Origin: Acidobacteriota bacterium
GTDB taxonomy: Bacteria; Acidobacteriota; Terriglobia; Bryobacterales; Bryobacteraceae
DNA: 64,000 nucleotides
Assembly: GCA_038060875.1 (NCBI GenBank)
Contig: JBBTDS010000210.1
Location: 37,167 to 101,166 of the forward strand
Direction of reading: 5' to 3'
In this document: positions 55,951 through 64,000 of the stretch, in pieces
How the letters are laid out: each line of letters starts with the position of its first letter
How positions within the stretch are numbered: the first letter of the stretch is position 1
Made by a program: the position numbers and the translations under genes
The notes under the pieces: generated by a model
Databases searched by the model: none
What the model was told of the DNA's origin: nothing
Seen by the model: only the letters and a program-made list of their open reading frames with translations

Positions 55951-58900
55951 TCAGAACAGTACCTTGACGCCGAACTGAACCTGCCGAGATCCGGAGGCGC
56001 TAGTGATCCTACCGAAGGTTGCCGGGACCGAAAGATTGGTTCCCGGATTCCCCAGGTTCGCGTGGTTCGCCAAATTGAAAAACTCGGCACGAAACTGTAC
56101 CGTAGAGAGTTCCGTAACCTTGGTGTCTTTCACTACGCTGAGATCGGAAGCGATAGCGCCTGGACCGAATATCAGGTTGCGCGAGGAGTTCCCATAGGTA
56201 TAGGGAGCAGGCACGGCGAAAGCGGAAGTGTCAAACCAACGGCCCTTCGAACGCTCGGACCGGCCGAGTGTCGGATCGCCCTGCCGGTCGGCCCGGCCTC
56301 CGCGCCATCCCGGTAACGTCGGCGAAAATCCGACCGACATCGGATTACCTGTCATCAGGGTCGTGATGCCAGACACTTGCCATCCGCCGATGATCTTACC
56401 CAGTGCCCCGCCGGCGTTGGCGAGCGGTTTGCCCGGACCGAACGGCAAATCGTAGCTAAAGGCCATCGCGAGAACGTGCCTCCGAATCCCATCCGTGTTG
56501 CCGCGATCCCTTCGCTTGTCATAGGGGTCCATTGGCCCCCCCACGGTGGGGGTGTTATCCAGCGACCGGTTCCACGAGAACTCCACCTGGAAAGTGAGCC
56601 CCCGGTAACTGCGTTGGATAGCTTCCAGTTGTAACTGGTGGATGGTAGAGTCTCCCCCGCCTGCGGTCAGGTTGATGGAGGCCCACGGCTGATAGGGCCG
56701 CCGAGGCTGCGTCGCGCCCGCCACCTGCTCTCTGGGCTCGTTAGCCGGGTACAAATAGAACTGCAGGTGGGAGATTTTGTTGCCGACGTAGGAGGCCCGA
56801 ACACCGAGGTTGCGGCCCACTTCCCGCTCCAGGGACAGGTTCCACTGCTGGGATTCGCTGTTCCGCATGTTGCGCTCCACGGCCGTGATCGAGGGGTTCG
56901 GCGAAAGCTTCCCGTCGCCGGGGAACGGGTTGGCCAGGGTCAGCGAAGGGGTGCGGCCGGGATCGCTCTCGAAGGTCTCCGCCAGCACAAAAGGCGCATT
57001 GCTGGTGCTCAACTGGTTGAAGCCGATGAACACCGGCAGGAAGTTGTAATAGATGCCAGCGCCTCCGCGAACCACGGTCTTGCTGTCGGCGAATGGCCGG
57101 AACGCAAATCCGAGGCGCGGACCAAAGTTGTTCTTGTCGGTTGGCAGGTGATCCTGCAAACCCGCCTGTGCCGCGGTGACGATGGGATACGCGCTGACCA
57201 TGCGCGGCAAGGCCTTCGGTGCGATCTTGTCGCCCGCAACGACCAGCTTCCCGGAACCAAAATCGAAATTGGCCTGATTGTCATCTCGCTCCTTCCACGA
57301 CGTCTGCACCATGTATCGGATTCCCAGGTTCAGCGTCAGCCGGCGTGAGACTTGCCAATCGTCCTGGAAGTAGGCGCTGTAGCGGGTGTGGTACATACGG
57401 ATGTTCCCACCTACAGTGGATCGATAGGTGTTCACCGGATAGCCCAACATAAAATCGGCGAAGGCATGAGCCGGCTGCGCGGCTCTGGACAGGTCGTTGT
57501 TGGTGAAGCGCCCATTGAAGGAGAAACGACCGAGGCTGGCATCGTTGGCTTCATCCTGGGCCAGACCGTACACGTAGGGCGGCTCGTGGGTGGTGAACCT
57601 GTCGATGTCAAACCCAGCCTTGAGGGTGTGGCGGCCGCGCACGTGAGTGAAGTTATCGATGAACTGGGTGGTGAACTGCGAGGAGCGGTAGGCAGTCCCG
57701 CCGCGGTCGCCAATGACAGTGTGGCTGCTGATATCCACGCGGGGGAGCCCGCCGATCGGCACGGGACCGTAGAGAGCGGGGAACAACTTCCGGGGATCGA
57801 AGCCGGTGTTCTGCCCAAGTCCGAGCCATCCGTGGCGAAGCTGGGCGAAGCGAAACTCATTCAGCGTGCGTGGTGAGAAGGTGTGAAGGTGGGTGGCATT
57901 GATGCTTTTGGTCAGCGTGCTCGAGGTGGAGTTGCCGTAGGCGGAGGGAACGGCTCGGGCTATGAAATACGGCAAGCCCCTGGAATAGTTGAAGCTGCCC
58001 CAGATGCTGTCCTTGTCGGAGAATCGGTGGTCCAGACGAGGTCCGAAGCGGTTCACGTCGATAATATTGGCGGTGTCCCCAATCCAATTGCTCAGTGTTC
58101 CGGCCGGGCCGATACCCGGCTGGTTCGGCAGCGGCACATATCCGATCAGCGTGTTGGAGCGGGGATCGACGCGCCCCGCCGGAACGCGGTTGTTCGGAAA
58201 CGGCACGCCGCTTAGCGGATCCACAATCGTTGGCAAGCCGGCGAAATCGCCGTCGCGCATGGCCGCCGTGGCTACCGAGAGCCTGTTGTTGGTAGGAGAG
58301 CGCTGCCGCAAGCCCTCATAGTTGCCGAAGAAGAACGTCTTGTTCTTGCGAACCGGCCCCCCCAAGGCAAACCCGAACTCGTTCCGGTTAAACGGCGGCC
58401 TGGGCCGGTCCGGGGGAACATAAGCGTTGTTGGCCGCATAGGCCTTGTTGCGGTTGAAAGCGAACACGGCGCCGTGGTATTCGTTGCTGCCGGACTTGGT
58501 CACCAGGGTGACGGACGCCGCGGCTTCAAACTCGGCCTTTTGGTTGCTCGAGTCCACCTTGAACTCGGCAATGGACTCGATCGAGGGCAAAGGCGATAGC
58601 CCAGTACGGGCGCTGTAAAGCGACCCGCCGTTTCCTGAGTCGTTGAAGTTCACCCCGTCCACGTTGAACTGAACGCCGCCGAAGTACGAGGCGCCGGCAA
58701 TCCGGGGATTGGAACCGCCACCACTCACCGCCCCAGCCGCGAGCCCGAGCAGCACATCGATTGTGCGCCCGTTCAAGGGGAGCGCGGAGATCAGCCGGTT
58801 TTCCATTACGCTGCCGACGGTGGCGTTTTCGGAGTTCACCACCGGAGCCGCGGCCTGAACCTCGATCGATTGAGTAACCTCTCCGGGCTGCAGCGCCACG

Positions 58901-59229
58901 TCGATTCGCACCGTCCGGGTGGCCAGCAGCCTGACGCCTCTCACCGTGTTCTTCTTGAAACCAGCGAACTCCGCCGTGATGGTGTAGGTGCCGGGTGGAA
59001 GATTGGGAGCGACGTAGTCCCCGGTGGCTTCCGTCGCCGCCTTGAACTCGATGTTCGTGTCCTGGTTCGTCACCGTAACCGCGGCCGCCGGTATCACCGC
59101 TCCTGAGGAGTCCTTGACCGTTCCCAGGATGGTGCCCGTGATGTGTTGAGCCATCCCCACTGGGGCCAGCAGCGCCAAGACTCCTGCCCAGCCGAGGAGA
59201 CCAATATTAAGTCGCCCATTGTGCCTCAT
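55951..59229 (-). CDS. TonB-dependent receptor T10 (group B)
   Basis: The start is set at ATG 59229 (MRHNGRLNIGLLGWAGVLALLAPVGMAQHITGTILGTVKD), preceded by AGGAGG and by the promoter at 59258-59286. The C-terminus is ...FGVKVLF. Confidence 0.9.
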   Translation of the reverse strand: MRHNGRLNIGLLGWAGVLALLAPVGMAQHITGTILGTVKDSSGAVIPAAAVTVTNQDTNIEFKAATEATGDYVAPNLPPGTYTITAEFAGFKKNTVRGVRLLATRTVRIDVALQPGEVTQSIEVQAAAPVVNSENATVGSVMENRLISALPLNGRTIDVLLGLAAGAVSGGGSNPRIAGASYFGGVQFNVDGVNFNDSGNGGSLYSARTGLSPLPSIESIAEFKVDSSNQKAEFEAAASVTLVTKSGSNEYHGAVFAFNRNKAYAANNAYVPPDRPRPPFNRNEFGFALGGPVRKNKTFFFGNYEGLRQRSPTNNRLSVATAAMRDGDFAGLPTIVDPLSGVPFPNNRVPAGRVDPRSNTLIGYVPLPNQPGIGPAGTLSNWIGDTANIIDVNRFGPRLDHRFSDKDSIWGSFNYSRGLPYFIARAVPSAYGNSTSSTLTKSINATHLHTFSPRTLNEFRFAQLRHGWLGLGQNTGFDPRKLFPALYGPVPIGGLPRVDISSHTVIGDRGGTAYRSSQFTTQFIDNFTHVRGRHTLKAGFDIDRFTTHEPPYVYGLAQDEANDASLGRFSFNGRFTNNDLSRAAQPAHAFADFMLGYPVNTYRSTVGGNIRMYHTRYSAYFQDDWQVSRRLTLNLGIRYMVQTSWKERDDNQANFDFGSGKLVVAGDKIAPKALPRMVSAYPIVTAAQAGLQDHLPTDKNNFGPRLGFAFRPFADSKTVVRGGAGIYYNFLPVFIGFNQLSTSNAPFVLAETFESDPGRTPSLTLANPFPGDGKLSPNPSITAVERNMRNSESQQWNLSLEREVGRNLGVRASYVGNKISHLQFYLYPANEPREQVAGATQPRRPYQPWASINLTAGGGDSTIHQLQLEAIQRSYRGLTFQVEFSWNRSLDNTPTVGGPMDPYDKRRDRGNTDGIRRHVLAMAFSYDLPFGPGKPLANAGGALGKIIGGWQVSGITTLMTGNPMSVGFSPTLPGWRGGRADRQGDPTLGRSERSKGRWFDTSAFAVPAPYTYGNSSRNLIFGPGAIASDLSVVKDTKVTELSTVQFRAEFFNLANHANLGNPGTNLSVPATFGRITSASGSRQVQFGVKVLF

Positions 59230-59257
59230 GGGAAGACCTCCTTTCCCGCTTCTGATG

Positions 59258-59286
59258 ATTATGTACGGGGCGCACACGACTGTCAA
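59258..59286 (-). promoter_or_regulatory. sigma70-type promoter heading the minus-strand array
   Basis: Minus strand reads TTGACA (59286-59281), a 17-nt spacer, then CATAAT (59263-59258). A leader of about 20 nt carrying AGGAGG precedes ATG 59229. Confidence 0.55.
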
Positions 59287-59452
59287 GACTTTTTTATGGT
59301 TTTGCTAAAAACTTTGTTGAATAGCACATCGGGATCTCCCCGTATAGACGGGACTAAGATGGCGTCAAGTGCTTTAGAATAAATGATATAGCCATATATG
59401 TTCGTCTCGGGTGATCTCAGCAATCAAATATTCACTCTAGTTAAAATATTGC

Positions 59453-59482
59453 TTGACAGCCGGCAGAAGGCTCGCGTAGCAT
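59453..59482 (+). promoter_or_regulatory. possible promoter of the plus-strand ROK operon
   Basis: TTGACA (59453-59458), an 18-nt spacer, then TAGCAT (59477-59482). The -10 overlaps the first ATG of the ROK ORF. Confidence 0.3.
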
Positions 59483-60827
59483 GAGAGACTCAAGGGCAAA
59501 ACGGCCCGCGGGAGTCAGCCGGGTGAAGCACGTAACCGCAATGCTGGACAGGGACAAGCAGGTCATCGAAGCCGTAATCCGCCGGTTCGGCCCGCTATCG
59601 CAGGAAAAGATTCACGCGCTCACCCATATCCGAAGAAGCACCACCTCTCGGCTCGTGAGAGAACTCTTGCAGGAGGGCAGGCTGTTGGAAGCCGGGCGTC
59701 TGAACGCGACCGGCGCCATGGGCCGCAAGCAAGTGCTGTTGCGTCTGAACGAAGATTACCGGTTCATCGCCGGCATCGAGTTTGACGAGGAGTCCATTGT
59801 CGCGGCGATTCTGGATCTGCATCCGCGAATCCGGCAGACGGTGACCGAACCCACGATTCGAAACGGGAAGGAAGCTCTCGTCAACCAGCTCCTCTCATCT
59901 ACGAAGAGGGCACTCCACGAGGCAGGCCTTGGAACGTCGTCGCTTGCGGGCATCGGCATCGCTGATCCCGGGCTCGTCGACAGCCGGCGAGGCGTGACGG
60001 TGACTTCCTCCACCATCGAATTCTGGAGAGACGTCCCGCTCAAGGCGATTTTCGAGGAAGAGTTCGGCGTCCCGACTTTCGTCGAGGACGCGACCCGGGC
60101 GCGGGCCGTCGCCGAGCGGATGCTAGGGGCCGGGAACTTCCAGGAGAACATGATTTATATCGAGTACGGCGCCGGAATCGGCGCCGGAATCGTTCTCAAC
60201 GGCAAGCTTCTGCTTGGATATAACGGTGCGGCCGGCGAGTTCGGCCACACTCACATTATGGAAAGCGGCCCCGCATGCAAGTGCGGGAGTATTGGCTGCC
60301 TCGAAGCGGTTGCGGGAGCGCATGCGGTTGAGGCCAAGATTCGCAAGGCCATCGCGGAGGGCGGCACTTCGCTGGCTCTGGAGTTGGTTGGAGGGAGTCC
60401 CGAAAAGATCAGTGTCTGGACCGTGCTGGAGGCGGCGAGGCTCGGTGACAAGATCTCCAGCCACATCGTGACCGAGATCGGCGCCCGCCTCGGCCTCGGC
60501 CTGGCCAACCTGGTCAACCTATTCAATCCCGCTGCCGTTATACTCGACCGGCGGCTGGAGCTGGCCGGCCCCGAACTGCTGGACCAGATTGTGGGGGTCG
60601 TGAAGCGGCAGGCGCTCACCTATAACGCGGCCAATGCCGCGTTTCGTTTCGCCCAACTCGGGCGGGAAGCGGGAATATTGGGCGTTGCCCTCATCCTGCT
60701 CGAAAAGCATTTCGAGATCCCGATGCTCAAGCCTCCAAGATTCATGATCGAGCCCGTTCCGGTCGGTTTGGAGGAAGCAGGTGCGTGCGAGACTGCTTCC
60801 GTTGCGGAGTTGGTGCATGGAGACTAG
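59481..60827 (+). CDS. ROK-family transcriptional regulator (NagC/XylR-like)
   Basis: N-terminal wHTH (GPLSQEKIHALTHIRRSTTSRLVRELLQEGRL). ROK sugar-kinase-like fold containing GAAGEFGHTHIMESGPACKCGSIGCLEAVAG (zinc Cys cluster). The true start may instead be ATG 59541 (MLDRDKQ...) if the promoter call is correct. Confidence 0.85.
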   Translation: MRDSRAKRPAGVSRVKHVTAMLDRDKQVIEAVIRRFGPLSQEKIHALTHIRRSTTSRLVRELLQEGRLLEAGRLNATGAMGRKQVLLRLNEDYRFIAGIEFDEESIVAAILDLHPRIRQTVTEPTIRNGKEALVNQLLSSTKRALHEAGLGTSSLAGIGIADPGLVDSRRGVTVTSSTIEFWRDVPLKAIFEEEFGVPTFVEDATRARAVAERMLGAGNFQENMIYIEYGAGIGAGIVLNGKLLLGYNGAAGEFGHTHIMESGPACKCGSIGCLEAVAGAHAVEAKIRKAIAEGGTSLALELVGGSPEKISVWTVLEAARLGDKISSHIVTEIGARLGLGLANLVNLFNPAAVILDRRLELAGPELLDQIVGVVKRQALTYNAANAAFRFAQLGREAGILGVALILLEKHFEIPMLKPPRFMIEPVPVGLEEAGACETASVAELVHGD

Positions 60828-61962
60828 CCGCCTGAGGATTTCCTCCGTCGAGGCTTACCCGATTTCCGTTCCGATACGGCCTGAGTTTATCATCGCGAGC
60901 GCCTTGGGCGAGCACCGCGTATCTCGGCCGGTCATCGTAATCGTGCGAACCGATGATGGCCTGGCCGGCTGCGGGGACGCAAGCGTGACGCCGGTATGGA
61001 GCGGAGAGACACAGGCCGGCGCATTGGCCGCGGTCCGGGAGGTCCTGGCGCCTTTGTTGATCGGACGTGACCCGCTGCACGTGGCATCGCTTGCGGACGC
61101 CATGGACCGGGCACTCATCGGCAACCCCTTCGCCAAGGCGGCGCTCGAGATGGCGCTGCTGGATCTCGCCGGGAAGGCCTTGAACGTTCCGGCGCACATA
61201 ATGCTCGGAGGCCCGCGCCGCCCCCCGGAAATCCCTCTCAAGTTCTCCATCGGAGCCTTTCCACCCGCCGCAGCCGCCCGCGTGGCCGAAACGGTCGCCA
61301 GCCAAGGGTTGCGGGCGGTCAAGGTCAAGGTGGGGATGGAACTGAGCCTGGACGTGGCCCGCGTGCAGGCCGTTCGCTCGGCGCTAGGTGACGGCTTCCC
61401 CATCGGCGTGGACGCCAACGGAGGATGGAGCGAAAGCGTCGCCGTGGCCGCGCTCCCCCACCTCGAGCGCCTCGGCGTGAACGTGATCGAACAACCGCTG
61501 AGGCGAGGTGATTTCCGCGGCTGCGCGCGCTTGCGCCGGCGCACGTCGATCCCGGTCATGCTGGATGAATCGGTCTTTACGCGAGAGGATGCGCTGGAGG
61601 CCATCCGCTGGGACGCCTGCGATCTGATCGGCATTTATCCGGGCAAGAACGCAGGCGTTTGGCGTTCGCTCGAGATCGCCCATTTGGCGGCCGCTGCGGG
61701 GCTGGAGTGCGTGATCGGAAGCAATCTGGAAACGGAAATCGCGACGGCGGCAATGCTGCACCTGGCGGTGTCCATGCCGAACCTCGCGGTCTCGGTGGGT
61801 CACGACATCATTGGCCCGCTCTACCACACGCGCCGCATCGGCGTCGAGCCGATTCGCGTCCAGGACGGCTGCGCGGTCCTGCCGGCCGGCGCCGGCCTGG
61901 GTGTCGCGGTGGACATGGCATCGCTGGCGGAGGTAACCAATGCATGCGCAACTGGCGCGTAA
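60817..61962 (+). CDS. enolase-superfamily enzyme, MR/MLE subgroup (dipeptide-epimerase / N-acylamino-acid-racemase-like)
   Basis: The start is set at ATG 60817 and overlaps the ROK stop by 11 nt. The capping domain (SVEAYPISVPIRPEF...), KVKVG (KxK), VDANGGW, IEQP and MLDES give the metal-ligand and base pattern of the muconate-lactonizing subgroup. Confidence 0.8.
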   Translation: METSRLRISSVEAYPISVPIRPEFIIASALGEHRVSRPVIVIVRTDDGLAGCGDASVTPVWSGETQAGALAAVREVLAPLLIGRDPLHVASLADAMDRALIGNPFAKAALEMALLDLAGKALNVPAHIMLGGPRRPPEIPLKFSIGAFPPAAAARVAETVASQGLRAVKVKVGMELSLDVARVQAVRSALGDGFPIGVDANGGWSESVAVAALPHLERLGVNVIEQPLRRGDFRGCARLRRRTSIPVMLDESVFTREDALEAIRWDACDLIGIYPGKNAGVWRSLEIAHLAAAAGLECVIGSNLETEIATAAMLHLAVSMPNLAVSVGHDIIGPLYHTRRIGVEPIRVQDGCAVLPAGAGLGVAVDMASLAEVTNACATGA

Positions 61963-62812
61963 GACGGCGCTGATTACGGGCATCCTTTTCCTGCTGCTGT
62001 TCTCTGCTCCCCTTTGGGGCCAGGCAAAGAAGACCATCTACATGATCACCGACGCGGAAGGCGTGGCCGGCGTCTGCCGGCAGGATCAAACCGACCCGAA
62101 GGACGCCGAGATGCGCCAACTGCTCACCGGCGAGATCAACGCCGCGGTGGAAGGCTTCTTCGCCGGCGGCGCCGATGAAGTCATCGTGCGGGACGGCCAC
62201 GACGGCAGCCAGACCCTGTCGGTGCTCACCATCCACCCAAAGGCAAAGCTCATGATCGGCCCGCTGGGACCGACGACAACCCTCGATCGGCGTTACACGG
62301 CCCTGGCCTTCGTGGGCCAGCACAGCATGGCCAACGTGCGGGGTGGCATCATGGCCCACAGCTTCAGCTCGCTCGGCATCCAGAACATGCTGTTGAACGG
62401 AAAGCCGGTGGGCGAGATTGGCATTTGGACCGCCATGGCGGGCTGGTTTGACACTCCCGTGATTCTGCTCACCGGGGACCGCGCGGCTGCCGAGGAGCTG
62501 CGGGCGATGGTTCCCGAGGTCGAAGCGGCCGTTGTGAAGGAGGGACTTGGCCGCTACACTTGCCTGTCGATGTCGGCGCCCGCCGCACGTGACCTGATCC
62601 GCGAGCGCGCGGCCGCCGCCATGGGGAAGATCGGAAGTATCCGGCCGTATAAGGTGCGCGGACCGGTAACGATCCAGATCGAATACACCACACGGAACTC
62701 GCTGCCGATCGATGCGGGCCTGGCTCCCGGCGCCGAAGTTGTGGATGACAGGACCGTCCGTTATCGCGGCAAGGACTTCCTGGAGGCCTATACGCGCTAC
62801 CGGGTCCGATAG
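61940..62812 (+). CDS. peptidase M55 (DppA-type D-aminopeptidase)-like protein with N-terminal signal/anchor
   Basis: ATG 61940 has GGAGG 6 nt upstream and overlaps the preceding gene by 23 nt. The hydrophobic N-terminus (ALITGILFLLLFSAPLWGQA) is followed by IYMITDAEGVAGV...EINAAVEGFFAGGADEVIVRDGHDG, which resembles the M55 N-terminus. Confidence 0.7.
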   Translation: MHAQLARKTALITGILFLLLFSAPLWGQAKKTIYMITDAEGVAGVCRQDQTDPKDAEMRQLLTGEINAAVEGFFAGGADEVIVRDGHDGSQTLSVLTIHPKAKLMIGPLGPTTTLDRRYTALAFVGQHSMANVRGGIMAHSFSSLGIQNMLLNGKPVGEIGIWTAMAGWFDTPVILLTGDRAAAEELRAMVPEVEAAVVKEGLGRYTCLSMSAPAARDLIRERAAAAMGKIGSIRPYKVRGPVTIQIEYTTRNSLPIDAGLAPGAEVVDDRTVRYRGKDFLEAYTRYRVR

Positions 62813-62838
62813 GAGACCCTTTGGCACAAGGGAATCCG

Positions 62839-63624
62839 ATGTTACTAGAGAAGTTGACCTGGGAAGAAGTGAACCGGCTCGATCGCTCCACGGTCGTGGT
62901 GGCGCCTTTTGGAGCCATGGAACAGCATAGCCTTCACTTGCCGCTGGAAACTGACGCGCTGATCGCCGGGGAGCTGTCCCGGCGCCTGGACGCAGCCTGT
63001 GACCGCAAGCTCCTGGTCTTGCCCACTCAATGGCTGGGCTTCTCCACCCACCATATGGGTTTCAGCGGCACCATCACGGCGTCTGCCTCCACTTATGTCG
63101 AGATGGCCAAGGAGATTTTAGATTCCATCGCACAGGCGGGCTTCCAGAAGCTGCTGCTGTTGAATTCGCACGGCGGGAACGCGGCGATCCTGGAAGTTGC
63201 GCTGGCCGAGTTTCAGCCCAGGCACCCGGCCGTGCGGGCCGTCCTGGTGTCGTACTGGAATGTGGCCGCGCAAGAACTCCAGCGACTTCGCGAAAGTCCG
63301 CTCGGGGGCATGGGCCACGCTTGCGAGTTGGAGACATCCCTCGTCCTCGCGATCGACTCGAAGCTGGTGCGCACGGCCAGGATGGCCCCGGACGGTATGG
63401 GGCCTCGCTCCCGGTTTCTTTGCCAGGACATGTTGGCGGGCGGTTCGGTCAGCGTGTGGTGGAACCCGGCCGAAACGAGCCGGCACGGCGGCGACGGCGA
63501 TCCGACGACCGCCTCGTTCGAAAAGGGCGAGCGATTCTTTGCGGCTATCGTGAGCCGCCTGGCGGAGGTCGTCAGGGAGTTGGAATCGGGAGCCTTTGGG
63601 AAACCTCTCCAGACGGGTGAGTGA
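62839..63624 (+). CDS. creatininase-family amidohydrolase (cytoplasmic)
   Basis: The start is set at ATG 62839 (MLLEKLTWEEV). The motifs GAMEQHSLHLPLETD and LLNSHGGN are present. No signal peptide. Confidence 0.8.
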   Translation: MLLEKLTWEEVNRLDRSTVVVAPFGAMEQHSLHLPLETDALIAGELSRRLDAACDRKLLVLPTQWLGFSTHHMGFSGTITASASTYVEMAKEILDSIAQAGFQKLLLLNSHGGNAAILEVALAEFQPRHPAVRAVLVSYWNVAAQELQRLRESPLGGMGHACELETSLVLAIDSKLVRTARMAPDGMGPRSRFLCQDMLAGGSVSVWWNPAETSRHGGDGDPTTASFEKGERFFAAIVSRLAEVVRELESGAFGKPLQTGE

Positions 63625-63630
63625 ACGATT

Positions 63631-64000
63631 ATGGGCGGCGCCGCACGCGATTTCATTGTTCTGATTCTCGTGAATCTGATGTGGGCCGTGCAGTTTCCCG
63701 CGGCCAAGATTGCCACCGCGGAACTGGGGCCGATTACCGTCACCTCGCTTCCACTGCTGGCCGCAACGCTCATCCTGGCGCCGATTCTCCTCTTCCGGGC
63801 TCGCTTTGCACAAGGGACCAAAGTGACGAAGCCGCGAGACGTTCCGAGAGCCGTGGCGGACTTTGCCATCATTGGAGTTGCGGGCACCCTGGTGGCGCAG
63901 TTGTTCCTGGTATGGGGCGTTCAGAGATCGCTCGCTTCCAACGCCTCCGTGATTAGCCTCTCCATACCGGTTGTAAGTGCGATCCTGGCTGTGATCCTGC
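63631..64000 (+). CDS. EamA/DMT-family transporter (partial, continues beyond the window)
   Basis: My own translation from ATG 63631: MGGAARDFIVLILVNLMWAVQFPAAKIATAELGPITVTSLPLLAATLILAPILLF...VAGTLVAQLFLVWGVQRSLASNASVISLSIPVVSAILAVIL. The hydrophobic helices are typical of EamA. It is absent from the ORF track because there is no stop before the window end. Confidence 0.7.
   Translation, partial: MGGAARDFIVLILVNLMWAVQFPAAKIATAELGPITVTSLPLLAATLILAPILLFRARFAQGTKVTKPRDVPRAVADFAIIGVAGTLVAQLFLVWGVQRSLASNASVISLSIPVVSAILAVIL

Noticed and set aside
63621-63956. 111-aa plus-strand ORF (MNDYGRRRTRFHCSD...).
   Set aside because: It is in the wrong frame. The frame starting at ATG 63631 gives a convincing multi-helix EamA-type membrane protein that continues past the window end.

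Overview
High-GC bacterial window. The receptor architecture suggests Acidobacteriota (Solibacter/Bryobacter-like), but that is inference only. Positions 110-59229 form one uninterrupted minus-strand gene array of 27 intact CDS plus several gene fossils. Ten TonB-dependent receptors (T1-T10, about 34.4 kb, roughly 54% of the window) dominate it. Each carries an N-terminal carboxypeptidase-regulatory-like domain, and none has a SusD-like partner. Between the receptors sit mostly exported enzymes: three neutral-ceramidase-like amidases, two duplicated amidohydrolase pairs, two GHL6/GH42-like proteins plus a truncated third copy, a Tat-signal DegT-type aminotransferase, a heparinase II/III-like protein, a beta-helix protein, a DUF1080 protein, an M14-like peptidase, a periplasmic creatininase-family protein and a GntR/FCD regulator. 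An AT-rich divergent control region (59230-59480) separates the array from a plus-strand operon: ROK regulator, enolase-superfamily (dipeptide-epimerase-like) enzyme, M55 D-aminopeptidase-like protein, creatininase-family protein and an EamA transporter that runs off the window. I saw no rRNA, tRNA, CRISPR, transposase or integrase. The most interesting observations are: a recurrent receptor->ceramidase-like module; Tat-signal/signal-less amidohydrolase pairs; an apparently periplasmic PLP aminotransferase next to a lyase; mosaic 100%-identical tracts shared by three GHL6 copies (gene conversion); a gntR gene sitting between the 5' and 3' fossils of a hydrolase gene; and textbook TTGACA-N17-xAxAAT promoters that partition the array. 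All family calls come from motif recognition by eye and need HMM confirmation.
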